Below, in pieces: positions 1-12,600 of a DNA stretch of 50,251 bases (its first letter is position 1; each line of letters starts with the position of its first letter). Below the pieces are notes generated by a model. That model had not been told where the DNA came from. It saw only the letters and a list, made by a program, of their open reading frames with translations, and searched no databases. Origin of the DNA: Octopus bimaculoides (taxonomy: Eukaryota); NCBI RefSeq assembly GCF_001194135.2, contig NC_068982.1, forward strand, positions 165,327,900-165,378,150. The letters run 5' to 3'. A program made the position numbers and the translations under genes.

Positions 1-34
1 TATATATATATATATATAATGCATACACATAGAT

Positions 35-93
<59 letters not shown>
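1..93. repeat. (TA)n followed by (GATA)n microsatellite
   Basis: Directly visible tandem runs. Confidence 0.97.
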
Positions 94-94
<1 letters not shown>

Positions 95-414
95 ATGAAT
101 TGTAGTTGTAACTTTTATACATTGTCTCATCTTGAAAATGCATATTTGGCGCGTTTGGAATTTTCTCATCATCCTTGTTTACCAGGTAATCATTACCCAG
201 CAGTACACTCAATACTTCCTCAAAGCAAAGCTAAAATTTGCCGGATACCGAATTACATGGTTGTCCATTTTTTTTTTATTATTGATCATTAATTTCGTAT
301 TTAATTTTTCATTCTTTCAGTTTTCATATATCGCGACAGTTTACCCATCGCACCCTGTAGATATTCATATCTGTTAGTTTCTTAATCAGTAGCTTTATTC
401 TTTTTGAATACCTA

Positions 415-1465
415 TACAGTGAGTTCGAGCTAAATTTAACAGTCTACTTACAAGGAAAATAAAACATAAATGCAAAAATTCGCCGCTCTCAGCTTGTACA
501 ATGGCCTTGATGCGGATTCGGAACCTGGCGAATTTGTTACTCATTGCGTCTTAGAGAAGAAATCCAAACATGTCTTTCATCTTGGCCCTCAGTTCATCTT
601 TATTGCAGCCAGAGCGGTTGTGGTTTTTCTCAATCACGCTTGACTCATAGTAATCCATGAGATCACAGTTGAGGGATCACAATCAGTAGAAATTAGAAAT
701 AGGAGGATTTAAGAATCCAGAAATTGAAGCTGGTGATGTAGAAATTCTCCGAAAATACCTCTCACTCTCTCAGGAGGAATTGAACACTGCTTCCATACAT
801 ATAACCTTCTAGCAGCGAGCCTTTCCAGTCAGCCTTTGACTACAGCAGCCAGCAGTTTCACATAGCACCCTGAATTGAGCCTAAGGTTCTATTCAAAAGT
901 GTAGGTCTCTATAACTTCACCCTCACTGGAGACACACTAAAAGACTATCACAGTTTGGGGAACTTGGTTTTCCAGGTAGGACATCACATAGATTGTGAGA
1001 AAGTTGCCTGTTGTTCTGGGTGTTGTGCAACTGATTCTAGCAGAGATTCTTCCAGATGAAGAGAAACAGATCATCTCTGACTCAACAGCATGCGCCAACT
1101 TGTTCAGGCGCGTTTTAACTTAGTCAAGCTGATCTCCTTGGCTTTGGCTGTCAGTAGTTTTATCTTGGAACTCTTATACCACTGGGAGAAAAGGTCCTCA
1201 TTCAAGACCAATTTCATCGTGGTGACTCCAACATCCATCTTCCTCACAAAATCCTGAAGTCATTTGTTTCGATCTTTCATCACGTTATCCTGCAATTGTT
1301 GAATGAACCCCAGTTTGCGGAGACAGTCAAAGCATCTGTTGTCTCTCTTTCTAGTGACCACAGCTTCGTCGTCTCCCTTGAAGCTGTCCAAGTCACTTCT
1401 AATGGTTTTTCACAGAGCAGTTACCAGCAGTCGTAATGTCAGCATTTTGATAACCATTGCTAACC
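415..1465 (-). mobile_element. Decayed Tc1/mariner transposon, maT (DD37D)-like transposase pseudogene
   Basis: Minus-strand translation gives GFIQQLQDNVMKD..., KTKFPQTVIVF*CVSSEGEV...LRLNS (cf. KTKFPASVMVLGVVSNEGHV...GLRVN) and C-terminal MDYYESSVIEKNHNRSGCNKDELRAK...RFRIRIKAIVQAESGEF. TA-CAGTGAGTTCGAGC at 415 is a likely TIR. Many stops and frameshifts. Confidence 0.85.
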
Positions 1466-2389
1466 ATCAAATACACGCTACTCTTCTCTAGTATTCAGAT
1501 GTTTCCCAGTCCTCTGAGTCAGCTACTTTATTCTCAAGCCCATGAATGTTTGTGCTCTCCAACGCCGTTGACTTCAAGCTGTTCTTGAAAATAGGAGACA
1601 TTAAAACGTCAAATTTAATCCAAAGACCCAGTAGATGTGCACGTAAATTGGTCAATCTGTCTAGCTTTGAATTTTATAAGTATTATGAAGTTAACAAATA
1701 TTTCATTCTATCAATTTAATTAGATTAATCAGATCACATTAACATTAATCATGTTATATCAGTGATATTCCTCATGAATATAATAATGATATCCCCACCT
1801 CATATATTGATGGTCCTGAGTCAAGAAACAAATATTTTCATTATGAATGATCATCCAACTGATAATATAGTGCCCTAAGTTTTTGTTAAGAATTAGGGAT
1901 AGCTCCCTTATTTACAGACCTGTAGATCTAAACAGCTACTCCATTTTCAGTAGGCACGATAAGCCAACATGATTTTTTATAATAGTTAACAGGAGATCCA
2001 ATCCATTCGGTTATATCACTCGCAGTTAACTTACCGTTTATCCCATCGATTTAAACTGAAACACAATTTGTCATCATCACGTTTGTTGAGAATCTTCGCG
2101 GCTTCCCTCAAAGATATTTTTATAGCTAATATCCCAACACATGAAACTGCATCAGAGATGTCGGAGATACGATTCTTTCATTTGCTCAAATGAGATTTCA
2201 TGAAAGTTTTATTTCCGAGTGAGAGATTATTCTGAAAATTAAGTCCATATCCGTTGAATATACGTCATATTACATAGCATGTTTATTTTACATTTCCCAC
2301 TGTGTTTATCCGCAAGATTTTACATATCATATCCATTACCAAAAAAGAAGATATCAAAAAATGAAATAAATCCTAATACTAAAAAACAA

Positions 2390-2490
2390 CCACACACATA
2401 CACACGCACGCACACACATACATACACACGCACGCACACACGCACACACACACACACACACACAGAAACACATACACACATATACACATA
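2390..2490. repeat. (CA)n/(CACG)n microsatellite
   Basis: Visible; source of the spurious HTHT/VCVC ORFs. Confidence 0.95.
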
Positions 2491-2739
2491 TGTCGACAAA
2501 CCACGTGTGATGACAAAAGAGGTAGACATCGATATCGTTGGAATAGAGGACTGTGTTTATTAAATGGTATATGTATAGAGACTCACATCCGAGACTTTAA
2601 GATTCTGTGTCAATCAAAAATTCGATGATTGTTACACATCCTCACCTGTTTCAAAATCATCGTAATTTTTCATCATGCAGAAACATAAAGTCCTGAATGT
2701 AATCTCTATACCTGTATCCTTTACAATTATATATATATG

Positions 2740-2778
2740 ACCGCAGCCACTTGGCTGAAACACATAAATAAATAAATA
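2740..2778 (+). mobile_element. Isolated SINE/LINE 3' tail fragment
   Basis: GACCGCAGCCACTTGGCTGAAACACATAAATAAATAAATA resembles the tails at 45207-45255 (-) and 46865-46925 (+). Confidence 0.55.
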
Positions 2779-2873
2779 NNNNNNNNNNNNNNNNNNNNNN
2801 NNNNNNNNNNNNNNNNNNNNNNNNNNNNNNNNNNNNNNNNNNNNNNNNNNNNNNNNNNNNNNNNNNNNNNNNN
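2779..2873. other. Assembly gap (first of ten: also 8056-8175, 11711-12561, 13581-13788, 16439-16547, 22895-22904, 23919-24453, 25692-25972, 45152-45206, 46979-47033)
   Basis: N runs, nearly all bordered by simple repeats. Confidence 0.99.
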
Positions 2874-3349
2874 ATATATGGATGTAATCCTCAAGGCACC
2901 CTACATACAAATCAAAGGATCCATCGAAACCTCGGGACTAAACTACATTTTCGAGAACCAATACCAATCTACGTCCATCATCTCACAATCAATAGAAAAA
3001 CTTACCTCCGAGACTTAACCCTCAACATGGTTACTTCAATCATTCAACTAGGCACAACCTAACTAGACAACATAACTTCTTCCTCCACCCACATTACAAT
3101 ATTAAAAATAAATTTAACCCAAACCACATCAACCATAGACAATATAACCCTCAGTACAACCATAATCTTGTCCGCTACACAGTCACTCTACTACAAACAT
3201 ACTACCACAGACACACTTCACACCCATTTTCTCCTCAGCAAACCAAACACAATATAAAACTTTCCACAACATTCCACCTATTACTACCATTTTTTAAACC
3301 TAAATCAGAGAAACAGGGATGTGAAATGGAACTAAATGTACAAGAACAA

Positions 3350-4578
3350 CCGAAAATAATCAACTTATCAAAGAAAATCCTAATTATTACTCAAAATAAA
3401 ATTCTAGCAAGAGGTTTATAATTTACTCTAACTCCTCGCAGATCGAACCCGAATGAAATTAAGGTTGACACTGGAATTCTGCCGAAAATTACGCCTCACA
3501 AAAGCACTTCACAACTACACCAGCAAAGATGACTCAATAGTAAAAAACAAAAGTGAATACTGTCCTAGAAAAGGTAGAAATAAAGCAGTTGATGCTTTTT
3601 TGTGAACACATTACCAATTTTTCCTTTTAATACCCTACAAAAACAGCGAATTAAATCCAACCTTAACGTATATGAATGGAAAGACCTAATCGAGTTAAAA
3701 AATGATATAAACCTCACCATTAAAGAAGCCGACAAAGGAAGTGTGGTAGTGGTGATGGACACGGAGTACTACAAAAATGTAACACTCTCCATGTTGGAAA
3801 ATAATACTATGAGAAGATAGTACAATACAACCCACAGAAGACACTTAAAAAGTTATCCTCCTTACTTCAAATACATGGAAAGGGCCTCACTGAAAATGAA
3901 ATTGAGTATTTATTCAATTCTAAATACAGACCTAGTCTATTCTACGGATTACCTAAAATACACAAAAGTCTACATATTTGTAAAGCTTGCAAAGTTTCTC
4001 CAAGCGTATGCATTAATGTTCCTCCACCTACGGATCTCAAACTGAGACCCTTCATTGGTGGTCCTGGTTGTGAAAGCCACCGTTTAAGCAACTTCCTCGA
4101 CATCTTACTGAAACCGTTTCTAAAATATGCGAAAAGCTTCATCGGGGATGACTTAGACGTGCTTAACTACCTCCCGAAGACAATATATAAAGGAACCCTG
4201 TTAGTATTATTCGATGTGGTGAATTTGTACACCAATATCCAGCACTATTATGGTATAGAAGCAATCACCTTCTGGCTAGAAAAATACCCCAAAGAGATCC
4301 CAGGAGGCATCAGCCACAGATTTATAATCGCAGCTCTTAAATTCATCCTACTGAACAACTATTTCATGTTCGATACAGTTTACTATTGACATAAATGTGG
4401 AATTGCAATGGGAACCCGAGCTGCTCCAGTGATTGCGAACCTTGTAATGGGTTACCTAGAACTTAAAATATACCAATCATCACTACAAAAATATGGCACC
4501 TCATTTCATTGCTATTTAAAGGAGAACTGGAAATGGTATTTGGACGATTGCTTTATACTTTGGAAATTTGGAAAGACA
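3350..4578 (+). mobile_element. Penelope-like element (Neptune-like) reverse transcriptase pseudogene, 3'-truncated
   Basis: Motifs across frames: KIINLSKK...LARGL*FTLTP, ADKGSVVVVMD, FYGLPKIHK, LRPFIGGP, LVLFDVVNLYTNI, NNYFMFD, GIAMGTRAAPVIANLVMGYLE, WYLDDCFILW. The low-complexity C/A-rich stretch 2874-3350 may be its N-terminal part. Confidence 0.92.
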
Positions 4579-5486
4579 TTTCAAGATTTGTATACCTGCT
4601 CAGTTTTTGGTAGGTCTTGACACATACACTTATGTCGATTGGGACAGTCATATCAATGAGGAGGCGTGATTTTTGTTTGAAGTCTTCAAGACAATGTCTG
4701 AACTATTCGCATCTATCTTTCTGTCAGTTTGAACAGTGAAGTTCCAGATGAATAAGATGTGATCATTTTCAAGTACTGGGGGTGATTTGTGTTCCCACCA
4801 GTTTTTATCATGGGGCAGGTTCAGGTTTTTCCAAATTACCCAGTGAATATATTGTGCTGTTCTATCATGTCTGTTGAGATACTCTAGGCCCAAGAAGACT
4901 GCACATGGAGACAACATGATCAATGGTTTCATTTTGTTGTTTACATACACATGTTGGGCTACTGCCGTTCTTTAATATGTTGGCCTGGTAGTTCCTTGTA
5001 GGTAGGCATTGATCTTTGGCTGCTGTGATAAACCATTCTGTTTCTGATTTTAAGCCAGAAGACACTAACCAATGATGGGTAAGGGCTTTGTCAACATCTG
5101 CACTATTAGCTCTCTTTGGATATTTGTCATTGAGAGCTTTTTCTTGCGATTTATCACTAAGAATATCTACGGCAGCAGTTTTAGCACAGGTGTTCATACG
5201 CTTACCTTTTTCTGTGTTTGTTTCTGGTACGTCGCATTCTCAAATTTGTGGTATTTGGAATTCCCTAAGATATTTCTTTGCCTGTTTTGTTACTGAATAT
5301 GGTGCTTCCTTGTTTTCATGCTTTGAGGAAAATTTTAACAACCAGTCATCAGAGTTTTCCAGGTACGTGTTTAGGCCATATTGTTGCAATCTTCATTGTT
5401 AACCCTCTTTTCTTGGCAGGTGAAGTCGTTCTATATCTGTCTTAGTGTGGTGCATTTTATGCATTGTCAGCAATTTTCGTGGCTTA
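4578..5486 (-). mobile_element. R4/Dong-like non-LTR retrotransposon 3' part (thumb, zinc knuckle, restriction-like endonuclease), truncated at both ends
   Basis: KPRKLLTMHKMHHTKTDIERLHLPRKEG, GLKSETEWFITAAKDQCLPTRNY, CVCKQQNETIDHVVSMC, EYLNRHDRTAQYIHW, WNFTVQTDRKIDAN..DIV, LIDMTVPID...KLSRY. Confidence 0.88.
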
Positions 5487-6170
5487 AAATGATACGAAGG
5501 CTTCTTCTAGACACAGGACACATACGCCGGATAGTGTATTATATAGGTGCGCATTTTAAAATTGTTTACCATTCTATTTCATATTTTATTTTCCTTCCTT
5601 TAATCTCCAACTTAGGTCCGTTAGTGATGTTACGTGTCGCCGTCTTATATTTCAGAATGAACAGATATGGTTGCGACAGCGGGCCTTCAGCTGGTTTTCG
5701 AAGGTCCCTATGTATGCGTATTTGTGTTGTGATGTGGTAATTGTGCATTTGTATATGATGTTCTTTTTTCTTTTTGCATGCATTGGTTTCTGAACGGACA
5801 TTGCTGCAACTGCTGCAATTACTTGCACTAGTATTATTTTTGTAGTTATCTAGTAAGTTTTTGCTTTTTCTTTCGTGATGCTCCGGCTGACTTGCAGGGT
5901 CTGAAGTATTTTTGATGTTATGGCCTGTTTTGTTGATTCGTTTTTTTAGTTTTATTTCAATCCTATTATAACTGTTGGGGTCGCTATCTATGTTTCTGTG
6001 ATCATTATTGTGTTTATTGTTGTTGTTGTTCCTATACTCTGTGTTGTTTTCGTCTGTTTGTTCCTTGTCTGTGGTCGTTCTTTGCCTGTATATTTTTGTT
6101 ATTGTTGTATTTATGTATGTAGTACTATATATATATAGTGCACCGATGTTCATAAACTTAAGGTAGGATT
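5487..6170 (-). mobile_element. Penelope-like GIY-YIG endonuclease remnant with Asn/Thr-rich leader, no RT
   Basis: Frame-shifted reading: C-x-C...CPFRNQCMQK-NIIYKCTITTSQHKYAYIGTFENQLKARCRNHICSF...TSL...W...YEIEW...CVLCLEE. The upstream sequence is (AAC)-rich low complexity. Confidence 0.75.
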
Positions 6171-6469
6171 AAACTCCTATAATAAGCAGAGAACGGTCAG
6201 AATATTGGTGTGTATATAGTGTCAGTACTACTGCTTTCAGAATTTATATTCTTAGAGTTAGCTTGGTTTAACCATGTCGATTCAGTCCATAATGCTTCAC
6301 GTAGGAGAGAGATTGTAGAGTAGATTGGATTATAATGTAACATGAATGTGTTTTTGCCAATGAGGTGGGCTGGCGTATGTGTAATCTAAAGTCTGTTTGC
6401 TTATGTGAATGACTGATACATGCACTACACACACGTGTGGTAAATTAAATGTACTTACACTATACGTAT

Positions 6470-6495
6470 ACATATATACACGCGCGCGCGCACAC

Positions 6496-6543
<48 letters not shown>

Positions 6544-6600
6544 TCACACTATACGTATATATAAATTCATATCTAGAGAGATATATACGTATGTATACAT
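6470..6600. repeat. Compound (CG)n-(CA)n-(TA)n microsatellite
   Basis: Visible. Confidence 0.93.
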
Positions 6601-7917
6601 GCTGTAGATATTAGAATTTTTAAATATAGATATGGTTAAATAAAATTTGCGTATATAAATTCATATTTATCCTCAAATAAATGCGCGTGCATTAACGTAT
6701 ATGTAGGTGAGTAAATATATATTTACTGTTCAAGACCTACATTTATACATGCAAATGCGCATACAAGTGTATGTGTGTATGAGTACTCATTTCTAGGCTA
6801 AAATTCGTTCCCAGACGTTCGTCATAATATTCAAGATATATCCAAACATAGGTCTATATTTAGAAGTTGTATTAATTTAATCCGACTTTTGGGTTTAAAT
6901 TTGTTACAAACATGACATATTAATGCATCAGTTTTCAGTAGAAACTTTCTGAAGCTTACAACGTTTCTAAACTTTGTATTTGAAGCTGATCCATTAAAGT
7001 AAGAAATTCCGCAATAAATATCTGTGATTTTGACATGTTTATGTGTTCATACAAATATATTTCTAATATGATTGGTTGTAAAAAGAAACATGTCTTTGTC
7101 ATGGCTGCTGTACTCATATTACATTAATTACACTCATGTAATCTCATTGACTGTCTTCATCTTATTTTAGAAAGCATGTACTAGTAAACCGTGACGCTTA
7201 AGATAAATCTTTACAGCAAAATGTTAAAAAAAAACTAAAGCGAAACGTAAAGGCTAATCTGTAAACTTTAAATTATTTTCATGGATATAATTTTCACTTC
7301 TTAAACAGACCAGCTGATGTGAGCCAGCGTTACGGCCTGCTTCGTTTCTCAAAGTACAACTATTTATTGTTAAAATTGAATGCGACAAATTATACAACAA
7401 TGGTGTATATACGACAATTTGTATTAAAAACTACTGAACACTCTATACTTCAAATGGAGATATGTTCATAACTTAACCTAAGTCCACAAAGAAGCAAACA
7501 TATTTTGTCAAAACTAGTGCATCGTAAATAATGCAGGCTAAAAAATAGAAACAAAATTGAACTTTGGTTCGATGTTCTATAATTTCTACCACCGTATCAC
7601 TCTATATCCTGTCAAAAAGAATTTGTAGCTCAGCATATGTGGTCTATGTAATGGCTCTACTTTTTACAAATGGCAAACAAGTATCTCTAAAAGCTGGTTG
7701 CGACTGTAAGACATTTTATAATCATAAAAGTACTTGTTCAGAACAGGAGCAAGATCAAAATTAACTGAATTTAAATTTGAGCTTTTCTTTAATTGAATTG
7801 CTCAAATCTAGGTTGTGTATTGTATAGTTTATTTTATTTTACTCTAGCGAAAACCCGACAAGATGCAATTGTACATCTTCACCCACATAAATTTGAGACG
7901 TTGAGCATATCAACTCA

Positions 7918-8011
7918 GTGTGTTTTTTAATTTGCAAACTTATAAAGTGATGAAACAATTTGAAAGCGAAGCTAATCATCGTATTAATTCTATATTGCGC
8001 TTGGAATTTAT

Positions 8012-8050
<39 letters not shown>

Positions 8051-8284
8051 ATATANNNNNNNNNNNNNNNNNNNNNNNNNNNNNNNNNNNNNNNNNNNNN
8101 NNNNNNNNNNNNNNNNNNNNNNNNNNNNNNNNNNNNNNNNNNNNNNNNNNNNNNNNNNNNNNNNNNNNNNNNNNNGTGTGTTTTTTAATTTGCAAACTTA
8201 TAAAGTGATGAAACAATTTGAAAGCGAAGCTAATCATCGTATTAATTCTATATTGCGCTTGGAATTTATTATATATATATATGT
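7918..8284 (+). repeat. ~108-bp direct duplication flanking a gap (7918-8026 and 8176-8284)
   Basis: GTGTGTTTTTTAATTTGCAAAC...GGAATTTATTATATAT occurs identically on both sides of the N run. Confidence 0.9.
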
Positions 8285-9144
8285 GTGTATAAATACTAAG
8301 GGTGTCTCGTTTGTGTGTGTCTGCGTACTTTTAGACATGAATTTAATAATAGCATTAGAATAGTTGATTTTTCTAGGAATGATTATTAGAAACATTTGGT
8401 CAAATTCAAACATAAATTTCGATAGTTCTTATGGGACAAAATGTCAGAATTAATATTAGATATATTACACACCGACTAGAATAGATTTTGACAGTGGATT
8501 AATAAATAGATTATACAAGAACTCAAATACAGATGGTTGGATACAACTGAATTGAGGTTTGCAATAAATAGTCCAATGAATTTGCAACAGAAACTAGATG
8601 CGGTTCGTTCATACAAAATATTTCTTTCTATCTGTACAAGGTTAATAATTTGTTTGTTTCATGTTTATAATTTCACTCCAGTAATCACATTTGCTGTAGA
8701 AAACATAACACAAACAAATAGATTATTGCTAATTAAGCGTAATTTGATATATTCGAAATTAGATATCTTGAAATTTAAATATTGCAAACAGCATATGGGA
8801 ATTCTTGATGTATTGTGCTATATGTGTTTATTACTTTTGTTCAGTGTTCACTCTATTCCATATTTCATGTAATATTCATTTTTGCAAGTTATTCTGAACC
8901 GCAGCAAGGGATTATAATTCCTGGTACATTTTCTGACATAATTACCAATGTAAATTCCCAAGAAGTAATACACATATAATGTGATTATCAATTCGATGGT
9001 ATAGGAATGACCTTTATTCGTTTCTAATTGATTTACCTTTTCCATGGTGACAATTTTGCATTCCTGAAACCATCCACGTAATTTTTCAATCGATTTTGTT
9101 TTCTAATTTTCATAAATTTACACTAAACTTCCAAACGCATACAC

Positions 9145-9147
9145 ATG

Positions 9148-9199
<52 letters not shown>

Positions 9200-9206
9200 G
9201 TGTGTA

Positions 9207-9251
<45 letters not shown>

Positions 9252-9300
9252 GTCTGTGTGTGTGGGTGTGTGCATGTATATATATATATGTATGTATAGT
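9145..9300. repeat. (TA)n-(TG)n microsatellite
   Basis: Visible. Confidence 0.95.
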
Positions 9301-9512
9301 TTACATAGACACACATAAACACACAAACATACTATGTGCGTCTGTGTCTGTGTGCATATGTATATATACATACATACATATATATATGTATATCGATAGA
9401 TACATACACAGATAGAGACATAGATATCGAGTGTGTGTAAGCATTAAGTATGATACATAGTTGGCTGCTTTAACTAATTCCTCATACAATTTCTGGTAAC
9501 GGATGTATACAT

Positions 9513-9553
<41 letters not shown>

Positions 9554-9554
9554 A

Positions 9555-10260
9555 ACCAATTAATGCATCAAAGTGATAACTCGAACAATAATACCAACCA
9601 ACCGAGAGAAAACAACAACAATACCGACAACAACGATCCAATGAATCACACCACCAACAATTCATACAACATTAATACACCCAAAAATAGTGGTAATAAG
9701 AAGGTAACAATGATCACAAATATACTGAACAGAATTAGTTCATCTAGTGGTCGCAGCACAAAAACAAACACAACCAGTTATGCTCATGCACAGACAAATC
9801 CAAACGTACTTTGGACAATCAATGTATGACCAAAAATGTGTCATATATAAATGCAGTGTAAACACTGAAGGAGGGCCCTACTTATGTATCGGAGTCTCGG
9901 CAGATATTTTGAAAAATCGATATCGTAACCTCATTGCCAGCTTTCAAAAAGTCCTGAAATGGAATGTAACATGTCTGGCCTATTTTATCTGTGTGGCCTA
10001 TTTTATCGGAAATACCAGCTATGTTCCAAAGAGTCAATCTCAATATTGTTAACAATGGGGCGCATTATAAAAAGATTTACGGAACAATTAGCCAGATGCC
10101 TATATGCAGTTAATCACACATTCACAAATTACAATTTCAACCATGCCTGACTAATGCAAACCTAACAGCAACAACTCGAATTAATCCACCTGAGTTAAAA
10201 AGAACAGTATCGGAATAAGATGTACTAAGACATGTAACTTTAAAATGTTGGTTTGAACAA
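9555..10260 (+). mobile_element. Penelope-like GIY-YIG endonuclease remnant with Asn/Thr-rich leader, no RT (same type as 5487-6170)
   Basis: CSCTDKSKRTLDNQCMTKNV/IYKCSVNTEGGPYLCIGVSADILKNRYRNLIASF...TCLAYFI, preceded by (AAC)-rich low complexity. Confidence 0.7.
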
Positions 10261-10269
10261 ATAGAGATA

Positions 10270-10417
10270 TATGTACCTATACATGTATATATGTGCATAC
10301 GCATATATGTGTGTGTATATATATGTTAGTATACATATATATACACACATGTATATATATATATATATATACGTATATATATATATATTTGTATACATAA
10401 TTATATATATACATATG

Positions 10418-10459
<42 letters not shown>

Positions 10460-10760
10460 ATTTAATATGTGTATGTGCGTCTGATTTTGCGTTTATGCGA
10501 GTATAAGGATCTACGTAGGTATATATGCGCATATTTATAAATTTTAGTATATGTATATCTATGTTTACATGCACACATGTACCTAAATATATGAGTTTTT
10601 ACATATAAGTATGTCCATATATGTATATGTTTGTATGTTTATGTATGCATATGCATACATATGTATGTGTATGCATGTGTATATATACTCATTTGTTTTC
10701 GTATTTCATGTTGTTTACTGTTGGTGAGTCCTGTACCCATATATACTTGTATATATATAA
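10270..10760. repeat. Degenerate (TA)n/(TG)n/(TATG)n microsatellite field
   Basis: Visible. Confidence 0.9.
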
Positions 10761-10938
10761 CAAAAGAGGCAGGGTGGTTCCACGCATATAGGAAAATGCA
10801 TTGTTGAAATTGCACCTAAGTTTCAAAAACTCGTAAATGTTTAAAACACATTTATTTACATATACACCAAACTAGTTTCAACAATATTTTTTTGTTTATC
10901 AATGGTAAAAGTTTAAAATTAGAAAAACATCTTTAAAA

Positions 10939-11115
10939 CTTTCAATGTTGACAAATTACAATGTTTCAATGTTCACAAACTAAATTTTTTCAATGTTGAC
11001 AAAATACAAATGCTTCAATGTTGAATACAAACACCAGTTGCCGTCTTCACCCACTCCAGTCCAATGAAATTCTCCAAACACCAGTTGCTAACGTCACCTA
11101 ACTCCAGACCAATCA
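10939..11115 (+). repeat. Imperfect ~25-bp tandem repeat (TTCAATGTTGACAAA core, 4 copies) followed by a 47-bp two-copy repeat (AAACACCAGTTGC...CTCCAG.CCAAT)
   Basis: Aligned by eye. Confidence 0.75.
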
Positions 11116-12561
11116 AAACCGATATTGCTCCAATCTGGCCGGCCCCAAGTAGAAACTAAGCTAAGAGCATTAGATTCCTTAGAAGAAAGCAGCGAATGTA
11201 TACAAAAACAAGGACGGAAAAAATAAACAATATTACACAAATGCAATAAAAATAATAACAGGGCATAACAACAGGAGTCTTTCAACTAAGGACGAATTAA
11301 ATTAAGCTGGCGTGTGTGGAAATAAAACATTGCGGCAGAGATACAAGATTTCACAGGCACAGGGAAGAATCTCGATGTTGCACGCAAAACAACCGGCCAA
11401 GAAAGAAAGATCAGGCTGGGCTGAACGCCGGTCATGTGGGAAGAGAAGATAGAGAGGTAGAGGCAGAGGGACAAATGAATTAAGGAGGGGCGAGAAAAAT
11501 GACAGGGACACAGTGAATTGAAAAGTGGAGGGAAAGTGAGCATGAATAGAAGGCAAGGAAATGTGAGTGAGGGGGAACGAAGCGTGGAATGAACGAATAA
11601 GGGTGAAAGGGCTGATAGACAGAAATAGAATCATACAAGATATAGAAAAAATGTATACTTACATATAAGAGACTATGGATGTATATATTATTTATATTAT
11701 ATATATATATNNNNNNNNNNNNNNNNNNNNNNNNNNNNNNNNNNNNNNNNNNNNNNNNNNNNNNNNNNNNNNNNNNNNNNNNNNNNNNNNNNNNNNNNNN
11801 NNNNNNNNNNNNNNNNNNNNNNNNNNNNNNNNNNNNNNNNNNNNNNNNNNNNNNNNNNNNNNNNNNNNNNNNNNNNNNNNNNNNNNNNNNNNNNNNNNNN
11901 NNNNNNNNNNNNNNNNNNNNNNNNNNNNNNNNNNNNNNNNNNNNNNNNNNNNNNNNNNNNNNNNNNNNNNNNNNNNNNNNNNNNNNNNNNNNNNNNNNNN
12001 NNNNNNNNNNNNNNNNNNNNNNNNNNNNNNNNNNNNNNNNNNNNNNNNNNNNNNNNNNNNNNNNNNNNNNNNNNNNNNNNNNNNNNNNNNNNNNNNNNNN
12101 NNNNNNNNNNNNNNNNNNNNNNNNNNNNNNNNNNNNNNNNNNNNNNNNNNNNNNNNNNNNNNNNNNNNNNNNNNNNNNNNNNNNNNNNNNNNNNNNNNNN
12201 NNNNNNNNNNNNNNNNNNNNNNNNNNNNNNNNNNNNNNNNNNNNNNNNNNNNNNNNNNNNNNNNNNNNNNNNNNNNNNNNNNNNNNNNNNNNNNNNNNNN
12301 NNNNNNNNNNNNNNNNNNNNNNNNNNNNNNNNNNNNNNNNNNNNNNNNNNNNNNNNNNNNNNNNNNNNNNNNNNNNNNNNNNNNNNNNNNNNNNNNNNNN
12401 NNNNNNNNNNNNNNNNNNNNNNNNNNNNNNNNNNNNNNNNNNNNNNNNNNNNNNNNNNNNNNNNNNNNNNNNNNNNNNNNNNNNNNNNNNNNNNNNNNNN
12501 NNNNNNNNNNNNNNNNNNNNNNNNNNNNNNNNNNNNNNNNNNNNNNNNNNNNNNNNNNNNN

Positions 12562-12600
<39 letters not shown>

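Noticed and set aside
4387-4389. In-frame TGA in the Penelope-like RT as selenocysteine (Naiad-like)
   Set aside because: The position normally holds Arg (YYRQ..GIAMG), so CGA>TGA deamination explains it. The copy has other stops and frameshifts, and I saw no N-terminal endonuclease.
3350-6170. A single Penelope-like element whose endonuclease half was inverted
   Set aside because: The endonuclease at 5487-6170 is of the CxC/CxLCLxE type, whereas the type I would expect with this RT (KCGRPNC..YIG) is the one at 42600; no thumb or linker sequence connects them
11290-11640. Relative of the 21.2-kb foldback arm next to a GA-rich tract
   Set aside because: Similarity is limited to a few short words (CGGCAG..ACAAGATTT..CTCGA), and any second arm would lie in the gap
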